Shown here: positions 29,889-39,970 of the stretch, piece by piece | Position numbering within the stretch: the stretch's first letter is position 1 | Layout: the number at the start of each line of letters is the position of its first letter | Source of the DNA: an uncultured Sarcina sp. | GTDB taxonomy: Bacteria > Bacillota > Clostridia > Lachnospirales > Lachnospiraceae | Direction of reading: 5' to 3' | Length of the DNA: 47,666 nucleotides | Assembly (NCBI GenBank): GCA_964386925.1 | Contig: CAYLUU010000001.1 | Coordinates: 1-47,666, forward strand | Program-made: the position numbers and the translations under genes | The notes under the pieces: model-generated | What the model was told of the DNA's origin: nothing | Database searches by the model: none | The model's input: only the letters and a program-made list of their open reading frames with translations

Positions 29889-30989
29889 CTACTGCAGCGA
29901 TTCCTGATTCGTATCCACGACCTGTCCGCCGGCAATTCGATACAATCTGTCAATGGAAAAGCGGTTATTTACAAACTCATCCAATCCGGTACAGGTAATA
30001 AATGTCTGAATACCTCCCAGAGCGTTGAGCAGATAATTCTGCCGATTCGTATCCAGCTCAGACAGAACATCATCCAACATCAGAACCGGCTCCTCACCGA
30101 TTTTCTGCTTTACCAGCTGAAGTTCCGATAGCTTCAGTGACAGGGCGCAGGTTCTCTGCTGGCCTTGCGATCCATATTTTCGCAGATCAATCTCATCACA
30201 TACAAAGGAAAAATCATCCTTGTGCGGACCAATCGCAGTGGAGCCGATGTATTTTTCCCTCTCCTGGATGCGGCGAAGCTCATCAGCAAAATTCTCCTCA
30301 CTGACCTTCGGCTCATAAACGAGATGCAGATGCTCTGTCCCACCGGACAACTGCTCATGCATCTTGCCGATGACTTCGTTCAGATCCTGTATGAATTCTC
30401 GCCTTCTCTTAATGATCCGCGTTCCGTAATCCAGCAACTGATCATTCCAGATATCAATGGTTGATGCCAGCGACGGAATCTCCAGAATCTGACGCAGAAG
30501 CTTGTTGCGCTGTTCCACGACCTTGTTGTAATGACTAAGATCATACAGGTACGATTCATCCAGCTGACACAGCTCCATATCCATGAAGCGCCTGCGCTGA
30601 GAAGGCCCGTCCTTTACAATGGAGAGGTCTTCCGGAGAGAAAAAAACAATGTGCAGCAATCCCATCAGCTCGGAAGCCCTTCGAATTCTCTGGCCGTTGA
30701 TGGCAATTCCCTTGGCTCTTGCCTTCCGCAGGTGAAGATCAACCTGATAGTCAATTCCTCCCTTGATGATGACAGTCCGAACATGTCCCTCATCACATCC
30801 AAAACGAATCAGGTCCTTATCGAACACACCTCGATGAGATTTGGTCGTTGCAATCAGATACAGCGCTTCCAGAATATTCGTCTTGCCTTGCGCATTATTA
30901 CCGTACAGAATGTTGGTCCCCTCTGAGAATTCCATGGAAAGGGATTCATAATTCCGATAGTTGTCCAAACGCAGCGACTTAATGTACAT
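29889..30989 (-). CDS. recF: DNA replication/repair protein RecF
   Basis: GNNAQGKTN, FSPEDL, GSQGQQR, LDDVLSELD. Confidence 0.97.
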   Translation of the reverse strand: MYIKSLRLDNYRNYESLSMEFSEGTNILYGNNAQGKTNILEALYLIATTKSHRGVFDKDLIRFGCDEGHVRTVIIKGGIDYQVDLHLRKARAKGIAINGQRIRRASELMGLLHIVFFSPEDLSIVKDGPSQRRRFMDMELCQLDESYLYDLSHYNKVVEQRNKLLRQILEIPSLASTIDIWNDQLLDYGTRIIKRRREFIQDLNEVIGKMHEQLSGGTEHLHLVYEPKVSEENFADELRRIQEREKYIGSTAIGPHKDDFSFVCDEIDLRKYGSQGQQRTCALSLKLSELQLVKQKIGEEPVLMLDDVLSELDTNRQNYLLNALGGIQTFITCTGLDEFVNNRFSIDRLYRIAGGQVVDTNQESLQ

Positions 30990-31010
30990 GAATTCCTACT
31001 CGATCCCTAC

Positions 31011-31244
31011 TCACTGGACCGGAACAACCGATTTGACGCAGAACTGCTCGCCCTCCGCCTCAACAACATCTCCATCCCGCAGCTTCTTGCCGCGGCGGGT
31101 TTCGGTTTCTCCGTTCACCAGAACCTTTTCTTCTTCAATCATGAACTTGGCTTCCACACCGGACTGTACGACACCGGCTAGCTTCAAGGCCTGACCAAGC
31201 TTAATGTATTCATCTTTGATTGTAATTTCTCTCATATCAGTCAA
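31011..31244 (-). CDS. yaaA: S4-domain RNA-binding protein YaaA
   Basis: YIKLGQALK, VNGETETRRGKKL; between dnaN and recF. Confidence 0.9.
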   Translation of the reverse strand: MTDMREITIKDEYIKLGQALKLAGVVQSGVEAKFMIEEEKVLVNGETETRRGKKLRDGDVVEAEGEQFCVKSVVPVQ

Positions 31245-32340
31245 TGTTTATGAAATTCACCGGCAGCACCATGTAGCAATAGGACTTATTGTCTCTGATA
31301 AAGGCAGGTGCTCTCTGGGAGAGGAGATAGATGTCCAGCTCCTCATCATCTACAGCACGAACGGCATCAATGAGGAACTTTGGATTGAATCCAATGTTCA
31401 GATCCTCACCTTCCTTATCGACAGAAAGGTTCTCATCCATACTTCCAAGAGTCGTTCGAATCTTCATCTGTACCATGTCATCCGAGATCAGCAGGATGAT
31501 AGGCTTTTTATCTTCCTCTTTCACCAGAAGAGTTGCGCGGTCCAATGAAGACAGCAGCTCCTGACGATTGATGTGAATGTGTGTCTGGTAATCACCGGAC
31601 AGCATCTGGTCAACTTTAAAATACTCACCTTCGATCAGTCTGGAAACCACGATGGTTTCATCAAACTCGAACAGAACATGCTTGTCCGTAAAATAAATCC
31701 GAACCGTCTTTTCCATATCCCCGGAGAGGATCTTGTTAATGTCAGACAGTGCTTTCCCCGGAATAATTACCTTACGGTTATCATAAGATTGCTTCAGTTC
31801 CACATTACGAATAGCAATTCGATGTCCGTCAAGAGCAACAACACGAAGGGTGTTGTCCATAATTTCAAACAGTTCACCGGTCATAATCTTGTTGGTGTCA
31901 CTGGTTGAAATTGAAAAAATGGTTCTCGCAATGACATCTCGAAGAGTGAACTGCGTCAATTCAATTCCATATTCACGATTGATATCCGGCAGATAAGTAA
32001 AGTCAGATCCGTCTTTTCCCAGAATACTGAACTTCGCTTTCTCACAGCGGATGGTTACCTTTTCTTCTTCGGTCTGAATATCTACCATCCCATCGGGAAG
32101 CTTGCGAACGATATTGGAAAAGATATCTGCATTGATCGCAATGATTCCGTGGGTATCGATGATTCCGTCAACTACGGTTTCGATCCCGAGTTCCGTATCA
32201 TTTGCAATAAGTTTGATTTTCTCTGTGGATGCGTCGATTAGGATGCACTGGAGAATGGACATCGTTGTTTTGCTGGGAACAGCACGTGAAACGATGTTCA
32301 CTGCAGTGATCAGATTATTCTTCTCGATCTGTAATTTCAT
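31237..32340 (-). CDS. dnaN: DNA polymerase III beta clamp
   Basis: VALDGHRIA, SRLIEGEY, IGFNPKFL, MVLPV; synteny. Confidence 0.97.
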   Translation of the reverse strand: MKLQIEKNNLITAVNIVSRAVPSKTTMSILQCILIDASTEKIKLIANDTELGIETVVDGIIDTHGIIAINADIFSNIVRKLPDGMVDIQTEEEKVTIRCEKAKFSILGKDGSDFTYLPDINREYGIELTQFTLRDVIARTIFSISTSDTNKIMTGELFEIMDNTLRVVALDGHRIAIRNVELKQSYDNRKVIIPGKALSDINKILSGDMEKTVRIYFTDKHVLFEFDETIVVSRLIEGEYFKVDQMLSGDYQTHIHINRQELLSSLDRATLLVKEEDKKPIILLISDDMVQMKIRTTLGSMDENLSVDKEGEDLNIGFNPKFLIDAVRAVDDEELDIYLLSQRAPAFIRDNKSYCYMVLPVNFINID

Positions 32341-32751
32341 TAGACCTTACCTTCTTTATGTAAATCTTCACAGATGAATAGATCCCTTGTATCTAAGTCA
32401 TTTAAGTCCACATCTTGATTTTCCTTCGGAAAACCAAGGCTCGGGGTGTCAAAGATCATCAGGAAAAAGCTTCTACTTGACCGGCCAATACCTTTCGGGC
32501 TGCGCAGTCTCTATAGAAGAGGGTAATCGTAGTACATAATAGGGGCCGTTGAAATGCGAACAGCCTATTGAATTGTAACAAAAAACGCCTGTTTTATCAA
32601 TGAAAAGGGGGTCGCCTGTACTGTGTATAGACGACCCCATAAAGTGTGGAAATAAAGGATTTTATGAACAATGGAGAAGAGTTCAGCGTCACATGACGAT
32701 TGTCAGCTCATGAAATTGACAGGTTCTTAGCCATTTTTGCTTAGAAGAACA

Positions 32752-34116
32752 TTACTGCAAATTGAGTTTCTTCTTAATTATAGTAATATTCGTCTTCAGT
32801 TCTTCGTTATTCTCCATTTCCTCTTTGACTTTATCCACACCGTGCATAACTGTGGAATGGTCCTTTTTGTTCAGCAGTCGGGCAATGGAATCCAGCGTTG
32901 CATCCGTGTATTCGCGGCACATATACATGATGACCTGCCTCGGAATGACACACTCGGAATTCTTCTTGCGGGAGGCTACCATGGAGAGTTTTACACCATA
33001 ATGTTCACAAACAATGTTGGCAATCATCTTAGGTGTGATGCTGTGCTCTGCATTCGGATAAATGATGTCCTTGAGAACATCCTGCGCCATTGTCAGATTA
33101 ATCTCTACATTGTTGAGCTTAGAATAAGCGATGATCTTATTGAAGGCACCCTCCAGCTCACGGATGTTGGATTTGATGTTGGCAGCTATGTACTCCAGAA
33201 TTTCATCCTCTACAGAAAGGTGTTGCTCATCGGCATTTTTGCGAAGGATTGCCATTCTTGTTTCATAATCAGGGGCCTGAATGTCTGCGATCAGTCCCAT
33301 TTCAAAGCGGGAACGGAAGCGTTCATCAAGCGTTTCCATTTCCTTCGGAGGACGATCCGAGGAGAGAACGATCTGCTTGCCTGCTGCATGAAGTTCATTA
33401 AATGTATGAAAAAATTCCTCCTGCGTGGATTCTTTTCCAATAATGAACTGAATATCATCAATGAGGAGAACATCTACGGTACGGTATTTGTCACGGAGCC
33501 TTGTCATGGACTGGGCATTACCGCTTCGAATGGATTCGATGACTTCATTGGTGAACTGCTCACTGGTAACATACAATACGCGGACATCCGGATTCTGCTC
33601 CAGAATGTAGTGTCCGATCGAATGCATCAGATGCGTCTTGCCAAGTCCTGCTCCTCCATAGAGGAAGAGGGGGTTATAGACAGATCCCGGAGATTCCGCA
33701 ACAGCAACGCAGGCGGATTGTGCAAAACGGTTGTTGGCTCCGACCACAAAGGTATCGAAGCGGTACTTCAGATTCAGGTTGGCATCCTCAGCCTTGACGT
33801 TCAGAGAAGCTTTTTTCTGAATTTCAGCCTGCTGATCATCAGTTTTCTCATCGTTTTTGAGTACGAACATAACCTGGATCGGGTGGTCCATATGCTCGGA
33901 AATGGTGGCCTGAAGGGGCTCCTGGTATTTGCGCTCATAGTAGGAGAGCATCAGCGGGTTGTCGCTGGGAATGCAGACACTGAGGGTGTCCTGATCAAGG
34001 CTGCCGATTTCCAGATCGCGAATCCAGGTATTATAAGAGACATCCGAAATTCGATAGATATCACGGATATTCTCTTTTATTTCTGTCCAATTCTGTTTCA
34101 GTTCATCAATGTTCAT
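32752..34116 (-). CDS. dnaA: Chromosomal replication initiator DnaA (454 aa from ATG at 34116)
   Basis: YNPLFLYGGAGLGKTHL, LLIDDIQF, RFRSRF, NIRELEGA, DHSTVMH; GAGGG RBS. Confidence 0.98.
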   Translation of the reverse strand: MNIDELKQNWTEIKENIRDIYRISDVSYNTWIRDLEIGSLDQDTLSVCIPSDNPLMLSYYERKYQEPLQATISEHMDHPIQVMFVLKNDEKTDDQQAEIQKKASLNVKAEDANLNLKYRFDTFVVGANNRFAQSACVAVAESPGSVYNPLFLYGGAGLGKTHLMHSIGHYILEQNPDVRVLYVTSEQFTNEVIESIRSGNAQSMTRLRDKYRTVDVLLIDDIQFIIGKESTQEEFFHTFNELHAAGKQIVLSSDRPPKEMETLDERFRSRFEMGLIADIQAPDYETRMAILRKNADEQHLSVEDEILEYIAANIKSNIRELEGAFNKIIAYSKLNNVEINLTMAQDVLKDIIYPNAEHSITPKMIANIVCEHYGVKLSMVASRKKNSECVIPRQVIMYMCREYTDATLDSIARLLNKKDHSTVMHGVDKVKEEMENNEELKTNITIIKKKLNLQ

Positions 34117-34166
34117 TCCCGGATCCCTCGTATCTGTAGTAGTAAGTGATGAATTTCCGGATAAGA

Positions 34167-34484
34167 TGTGGATAAGTATGGGCATTGAGTGAAAAAAGCC
34201 TTTAAAATCAACGCTTTCCGGAAACGCAGATGTAATCTTATACTAAAATTTCCGATCTTTCAAATTGTGGATAACGTGATAATGAAACGGAAATCGGTAT
34301 AAATTGACCTTAAATTGTGGAAATGTGGATAACTTCGTGGATAGATTCGCACACACCGGAAATGCTGTAAAAATAAGCATTTTAATTTTACAAAAACCAT
34401 CCTATACGCTTACAAAAACACAGTTATCCACACTTTATCCACAAATTGTGGATAACTTTTTCAGGAATCTAAAATTGTGGATGA
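34167..34484. promoter_or_regulatory. DnaA-box cluster between dnaA and rpmH, containing the putative dnaA promoter
   Basis: Perfect boxes at 34167, 34266, 34324, 34447 (TGTGGATAA) and 34424, 34435 (TTATCCACA); near matches at 34316, 34336, 34476; minus-strand TTGAAA (34258-34263), 17 bp, TAAGAT (34235-34240). Confidence 0.92.
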
Positions 34485-34584
34485 TTTGTGCACACCAAAT
34501 ATTGGAGAAAAATATTTGCTTTTTCTATATCTTGTAGAGGTGAAAAGAAGCTCGAAAAGCCTGTAAATACTGCATTTTTGGTAG

Positions 34585-34614
34585 TTGACACTGTCTGTTT
34601 TCCTACCATATAAT
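34585..34614 (+). promoter_or_regulatory. rpmH promoter
   Basis: TTGACA (34585-34590), 18 bp, TATAAT (34609-34614). Confidence 0.8.
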
Positions 34615-34747
34615 ATGGGAGCTGTTCATAAAACGATTCTGTAATTACAGAGCTGTGTATCGATCCTGAAGGGCTTCCTGATGGGGATGTAGCTTTTGTG
34701 AGGGATCGATGTAGTAAATATTCCGATATGAAGGAGGTGTAACTGAA

Positions 34748-34885
34748 ATGGCAAAAATGACACTTCAGCCGAAGAAGAGACAGCGCTCCAGAGTTCACGG
34801 TTTCCGTGCAAGAATGGCAACCGCTGGCGGACGCAAGGTTTTATCAGCAAGAAGAGCAAAGGGAAGAAAGCATCTGACAGTTTAA
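34748..34885 (+). CDS. rpmH: 50S ribosomal protein L34 (below the ORF-track length cutoff)
   Basis: Translates to [57 protein letters not shown]. Confidence 0.97.
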   Translation: MAKMTLQPKKRQRSRVHGFRARMATAGGRKVLSARRAKGRKHLTV

Positions 34886-34901
34886 GCTTTCAGACTTAGA
34901 G

Positions 34902-34923
34902 GGCCGCAGCAATGCGGCCTTTT
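34902..34923 (+). terminator. Hairpin/terminator after rpmH
   Basis: GGCCGCA GCAA TGCGGCC TTTT. Confidence 0.65.
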
Positions 34924-35052
34924 ATTGTATTCAGATATTGTAATGATTCAGAACTGTGAGAATTTAAGGAGGCGTTGATTAAATCAGTGTTCCCTTAAAA
35001 TGGTTCGGAATTATATTCGATATCGCCAGACTTTCAGCGATAAGGGGAATCC

Positions 35053-35421
35053 GTGGAATCCATCAAGAAGAACGAAGATTTCAGGACATGCTATAAGCTC
35101 GGGAAATCCTGTGCCAACAAATATCTCGTGGTTTACGTCCTTGATAATGGAAGTGATCACAACAGAATCGGCATTTCTGTCAGCAAGAAGGTTGGGAACA
35201 GCGTTGTGCGGCACAGAATTAAACGCCTGGTGCATGAAAGCTATCGACTGCATGAAAAGGAATTCGATAACGGTTCGGATATTGCAGTGGTTGGGCGCAG
35301 ATCGGCAGACGGTGCCAGTTATTATGAGATCGAAAGAGCGCTGCTTTTCCTTTTAAAAAAGGCTGGAGTCTATCACGGAGTGGAACATCATGCTGAAAAA
35401 GGCAATGATTGCTGCGATTAA
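35053..35421 (+). CDS. rnpA: RNase P protein component
   Basis: [21 protein letters not shown]; synteny. Confidence 0.95.
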   Translation: MESIKKNEDFRTCYKLGKSCANKYLVVYVLDNGSDHNRIGISVSKKVGNSVVRHRIKRLVHESYRLHEKEFDNGSDIAVVGRRSADGASYYEIERALLFLLKKAGVYHGVEHHAEKGNDCCD

Positions 35422-35602
35422 ATTCTATCGAAAATATTTGTCTCCTTTAAAGTCAACAAAGTGCCCTTACACACCTACCTGCTCGGAATATGGTCTGGAG
35501 GCCGTGGAGAAATACGGTGCGCTGAAGGGTGGTCTGCTGGCATTGTGGAGAATTCTTAGGTGCAATCCATTTTCGCATGGAGGTTATGATCCGGTTCCGT
35601 GA
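35390..35602 (+). CDS. yidD: Membrane protein insertion efficiency factor
   Basis: [27 protein letters not shown]. Confidence 0.95.
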   Translation: MLKKAMIAAIKFYRKYLSPLKSTKCPYTPTCSEYGLEAVEKYGALKGGLLALWRILRCNPFSHGGYDPVP

Positions 35603-35763
35603 GGATAATTTTCATGGAAATGCTCATATATAGTGAGTTTTTATGTAAAGCGTTTCCGACGCCGGAATTGTTATGTGTTCATGCATTTCGGTGTTAATCC
35701 AATAAGGTTGGGATGGATCAGATCCCAAAACCAGGACATCCAATAAGGAGGATGAAGAATCCC

Positions 35764-37128
35764 ATGTCTATGCTCTTAACAAAGGATACATCATTTATTA
35801 TTGGCCCCATTGCTACCCTTCTCGGTTATCTGATGAATGGTATCTTCTGGGTGCTGGATAAGATCGGTATTCCGAATATCGGTCTGTCGATCATTATTTT
35901 TACGGTTATCATCTATATGCTGCTGATGCCGCTTACAGTTCGTCAGCAGAAGTTCTCCAAGCTGCAGCAGAAAATGCAGCCGGAGCTCCAGAAGATCCAG
36001 GCTAAATATAAGAATCGCAAGGATCAGGACTCCATGATGAAGATGAATGAGGAGACGCAGGCTCTGTACAAAAAGTACGGCGTTTCCCCAATGGGCAGCT
36101 GCGTACAGCTCCTGATTCAGATGCCGATCCTGTTCGCTCTGTATCGTGTTATCTATAAGATTCCGGCTTATGTAGGAATCGTGAAGCAGGCCTTTTTCCC
36201 GTTGGTTGAGAATCTGATGGCAGATGGCGGTGCAACGGATTATCTGCAGGCAACCTCTGCTGCATCGATGTATGCCAAGGAGTTCACTTCAGATAATTTT
36301 GTAAATGGAGTTGCAACTACTGTTCAGAATGTATACATCGATGTAATGAACCGCTTTTCTACTGCAGACTGGGCGGCTCTGGGAGAACATTTTACGGATT
36401 TGTCTGATGATATCCAGTCAACCGTTGCAAAGCTGGAGCAGTACAACAATTTCCTTGGTCTGAACATCGGTAACTCGCCGTGGTTTACCTTCAAAAATGC
36501 CATTGCGGCCGGTTCCATTCTGGGAATCATCGCTGCTGTTATCGTTCCGCTGCTCGCTGCTGTGACACAGCTGATCAACGTTGCTCTGATGCCGGTGGCC
36601 AATACATCTACCGGTGATCCGCAGCAGGATCAGATGGCTTCTTCCATGAAGACCATGAACTACATTATGCCGCTGATGTCAGCATGGTTCTGCTTCACGC
36701 TTCCTGCAGGTATGGGACTGTACTGGATTTCCGGTTCTGTTATCCGTTCTCTGCAGCAGATTTTCATCAACCGCAGTGTTGATAAGATGGATATGGATGC
36801 TTTCCTGAAAAAGCAAGAGGAGAAGAACCGTAAGAATGCAGAGAAGAGGGGAGACAAGCCGACGGCCTACGAGAGAATGATGGAATATTCTCAGATGAAC
36901 ACCAAGAATGGCCAGCAGACTCTTTCCGGCGATGCAGCTCCTGCTCCGAAGAAAAAGACACTTGCAGAAAAGGCTAGCTACCAGAACCGCGGAACCAAGA
37001 GCGCTCCTGCAGAAGAGAATGCGCAGCCGGTGAAGCACTACCGTAAAGGCAGTCTTGCAGAGAAGGCCAACATGGTAGCAGAGTACAATTCGGTTTCCAG
37101 AAATTCGAGCTCCAAGAAGAATGGATGA
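35764..37128 (+). CDS. yidC: Membrane protein insertase YidC/Oxa1 (start chosen from AGGAGG RBS)
   Basis: LLMPLTVRQ, GSCVQLLIQMPILFALY, PAGMGLYW. Confidence 0.93.
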   Translation: MSMLLTKDTSFIIGPIATLLGYLMNGIFWVLDKIGIPNIGLSIIIFTVIIYMLLMPLTVRQQKFSKLQQKMQPELQKIQAKYKNRKDQDSMMKMNEETQALYKKYGVSPMGSCVQLLIQMPILFALYRVIYKIPAYVGIVKQAFFPLVENLMADGGATDYLQATSAASMYAKEFTSDNFVNGVATTVQNVYIDVMNRFSTADWAALGEHFTDLSDDIQSTVAKLEQYNNFLGLNIGNSPWFTFKNAIAAGSILGIIAAVIVPLLAAVTQLINVALMPVANTSTGDPQQDQMASSMKTMNYIMPLMSAWFCFTLPAGMGLYWISGSVIRSLQQIFINRSVDKMDMDAFLKKQEEKNRKNAEKRGDKPTAYERMMEYSQMNTKNGQQTLSGDAAPAPKKKTLAEKASYQNRGTKSAPAEENAQPVKHYRKGSLAEKANMVAEYNSVSRNSSSKKNG

Positions 37129-37138
37129 GGGGATAATC

Positions 37139-38008
37139 ATGGCAAACGAATATATTGAAATTACCGAGAAAACACTGGATGACTGCATTATGGCTGCATG
37201 CCGGAAGCTGTCCATCACCAGTGATAATCTGGATTATGAAGTAGTAGATACCGGAAGCCTTGGGTTCATGGGATTCAATGCCAGAAATGCAGTGATTCGT
37301 GCTAAGGTGAAGGAAAATGAACATGGAACCTCCGCAGCAAGCGGAGATGTTCTTGGAAATGTTCATGAGGAGAAGACGCAGGAGGAATACGAAGAGGATC
37401 GCCGCAATGCGGAGAAGGAAGAAAAAAGCCACGATTTCGGCAAGTCCGATTTCACCAGATCTTCCGGATATGGCAATTCTCGAAACACTCATTCCTCTCG
37501 CAATACAGCCAAATCCGATGAGCCGAAGGTTGTGTTCACTAAGGAGCAGATTGCAGAGTTCCAGGAGAAGGCAGATAACTTCCTGCAGCCTATGTTCCAG
37601 ACAATGGGTATGGATGTAACAATCTCTTATGATTTTGATGCATCGGAGAATATCCTGAATGTGGAATTCGAAGGTGATGACATGGGCGTTCTGATCGGAA
37701 AGCGTGGTCAGACGCTGGATTCCATTCAGTATCTTGTGTCCCTGGTTGTCAACAAGAACGTAGAAGGTTATGTTCATGTGAAGGCTGACACCGAGGATTA
37801 TCGTGCAAGACGCAAGAAGACACTGGAGAATCTTGCGAAAAACGTTGCCTTCAAGGTGAAGAGAAGCCATAAGGCACAGGCTCTCGAGCCGATGAATCCC
37901 TATGAGCGCCGTGTGATCCATTCGGCACTGCAGGGAGATCGCTATGTAACGACCTACAGTGAGGGCGAGGATCCATATCGCCACGTGGTCATTACACTGA
38001 AGCGGTAA
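37139..38008 (+). CDS. jag: RNA-binding protein Jag/EloR (KH + R3H)
   Basis: LIGKRGQTLDSIQYL, EPMNPYERRVIH. Confidence 0.95.
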   Translation: MANEYIEITEKTLDDCIMAACRKLSITSDNLDYEVVDTGSLGFMGFNARNAVIRAKVKENEHGTSAASGDVLGNVHEEKTQEEYEEDRRNAEKEEKSHDFGKSDFTRSSGYGNSRNTHSSRNTAKSDEPKVVFTKEQIAEFQEKADNFLQPMFQTMGMDVTISYDFDASENILNVEFEGDDMGVLIGKRGQTLDSIQYLVSLVVNKNVEGYVHVKADTEDYRARRKKTLENLAKNVAFKVKRSHKAQALEPMNPYERRVIHSALQGDRYVTTYSEGEDPYRHVVITLKR

Positions 38009-38065
38009 AGGTAATTGAAAAAAGAGCTGCTTAGCAGTAATTTTGCAAATGGGCTCTGAATAATA

Positions 38066-38107
38066 AAAGGAACAGCTGACTGGAATCCCGGTTGGCTGTT
38101 CTTTTTT
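38066..38107 (+). terminator. Intrinsic terminator after jag, flanked by repeat-family fragments
   Basis: GAACAGCTGACTGG AAT CCCGGTTGGCTGTTC TTTTTT; 38041-38062 and 38103-38128 match 12837-12858 and 12865-12890. Confidence 0.75.
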
Positions 38108-38337
38108 ATTTGTGGTGGCGCCTGCGCAAGCAGGCATGGTAGTTTTAGAACCTCTGAATCGTTATGATTGAAATTGAAAGATGTTAAATTGTTTCAGTAA
38201 CTATCGATTTAAAAGGTGGTGTGGTAAGCAGTTACATTTGTGCATGATATAGGGTATCATTGCGTTTAGATTGGCATTTCGATTGACAGTCAGAATGACA
38301 TTCAGAATGTCATTCTATGTACGGAGGCAGATACAGA

Positions 38338-39864
38338 ATGGCGCTTAGGTTTGATCATGATCAGAAGGATACGATTGCAGCGATTGCAACTGGAATGTCG
38401 GAGGCTGGAATCGGGATTGTTCGGATCAGCGGTCCTTCGGCGGGGGACATTCTGCAGAAGCTGTTTCGGACGAAGTCCGGGAAAATAAAGAAAGACTGGG
38501 CGCCCAACACCATCCATTTCGGCAGTATCATCGATCCGGAAAGCGGGGAGACGCTGGATGAGGTTCTGGTCTCCTGGATGAAGGCTCCGCACAGTTATAC
38601 CACGGAGGATACGGCGGAAATCAATACGCACGGCGGAATGTATCTGCTGCAGAGAGTGCTCGATGCAGTACTGCGTGCAGGGGCCAGAACTGCGGAGCCG
38701 GGAGAATTCACGAAAAGAGCATTTCTGGGCGGCCGGATGGATCTGTCGGAAGCAGAGGCTGTGATGGATCTGATTCATTCGCAGAATGAATTCTCGAGAA
38801 AGGTAAGTCTGAATCAGCTGCAGGGGAAAGCTTCCGGTGCGATTCGAGAGAAGAGAAGCCAGCTGATTTATGAAATTGCATTTATTGAATCGGCTTTGGA
38901 CGATCCTGAAAATTATTCTCTGGACGATTATCCGGATCATCTGAAGAAGGTTTGCAGTTCCATTCATAATGAACTGCAGGAGATTCTGATTCGTTCCGAG
39001 GAAGGATCCATTCTGCAGAATGGAATTCAAACGGTTATTGTAGGCAAGCCGAATGCCGGAAAATCTTCACTTTTAAATGTCCTTGCCGGAGAAGATCGGG
39101 CAATTGTAACACCGATTGCAGGGACCACAAGAGATGTTCTGCATGAGTCGGTGCGACTTGGTGATGTGATACTCCGACTTACTGACACGGCCGGAATTCA
39201 CGATACCGAGGATATTGTGGAACAAATTGGCGTTGACCGAGCCAAAAAGGCTCTTGAAAGCGCCCAGCTGATTCTGTTCGTTCTGGATTCGTCTGTCGGA
39301 ATTACGGATGAGGACCGGGAGATTGCCGGCCTGATTCGTGAAGAACTGAAGGATGGAAAGCATTGTATTGTACTCTGTAATAAGGCAGACCTTCCGGCAG
39401 CGGATGGAATGGAAGAGGCGAAGAAATTATTTTCTGTTTCTGAATCCGATTCGATGTCCCCTGAATGGGGAAATAAACAGTTGGAAGCGAAAAATAGACA
39501 GAGCAATCAGGTGAGAGTTATGTCTGTTTCTCTTCTGAATGAAAATAAGAATGCAAATTCCGGCGAGAATGAAAATAGAAGTGCAAGGGATCAGCTGAAA
39601 AATGTAATTCAGGAGATGTTCCGACTGGGGCAGATCATGGATTCTAACGAGGTTTTCCTGACAGCTGCATTTCAGAAGGAAGCGCTGCGGGAGTCCATTC
39701 ATTCTCTGGAGCTGGTAGAAGAGAGTATAGAGAACGGAATGAGTGAGGATTTCTTCTCCATTGATCTGCGAAATGCGTACTCTTCTCTAGGAAAAATCCT
39801 GGGAGAAGAGGTCGAGGATGATCTTGTGGAGGAAATCTTCAGTAAGTTCTGTTTGGGAAAATGA
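38338..39864 (+). CDS. mnmE: tRNA modification GTPase MnmE
   Basis: DTIAAIAT, PGEFTKRAF, GKPNAGKSS, GTTRD, DTAG, NKAD, terminal FCLGK. Confidence 0.97.
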   Translation: MALRFDHDQKDTIAAIATGMSEAGIGIVRISGPSAGDILQKLFRTKSGKIKKDWAPNTIHFGSIIDPESGETLDEVLVSWMKAPHSYTTEDTAEINTHGGMYLLQRVLDAVLRAGARTAEPGEFTKRAFLGGRMDLSEAEAVMDLIHSQNEFSRKVSLNQLQGKASGAIREKRSQLIYEIAFIESALDDPENYSLDDYPDHLKKVCSSIHNELQEILIRSEEGSILQNGIQTVIVGKPNAGKSSLLNVLAGEDRAIVTPIAGTTRDVLHESVRLGDVILRLTDTAGIHDTEDIVEQIGVDRAKKALESAQLILFVLDSSVGITDEDREIAGLIREELKDGKHCIVLCNKADLPAADGMEEAKKLFSVSESDSMSPEWGNKQLEAKNRQSNQVRVMSVSLLNENKNANSGENENRSARDQLKNVIQEMFRLGQIMDSNEVFLTAAFQKEALRESIHSLELVEESIENGMSEDFFSIDLRNAYSSLGKILGEEVEDDLVEEIFSKFCLGK

Positions 39865-39970
39865 ATGGTGCCAGAGTTAAAATCCTGGTAACTATTCAGA
39901 GCCAATGTCATAACTGGTATTGCAAATTTTGGCCAGCTATCTTGAGGAATATAGTGATTTGAATAACGTA

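Noticed and set aside
32737..34149. Long antisense ORFs (also 12912-14045, 14235-15491, 22130-23185, 36974-38137, 45216-46634)
   Set aside because: Shadow frames opposite well-supported genes, with no recognisable motifs
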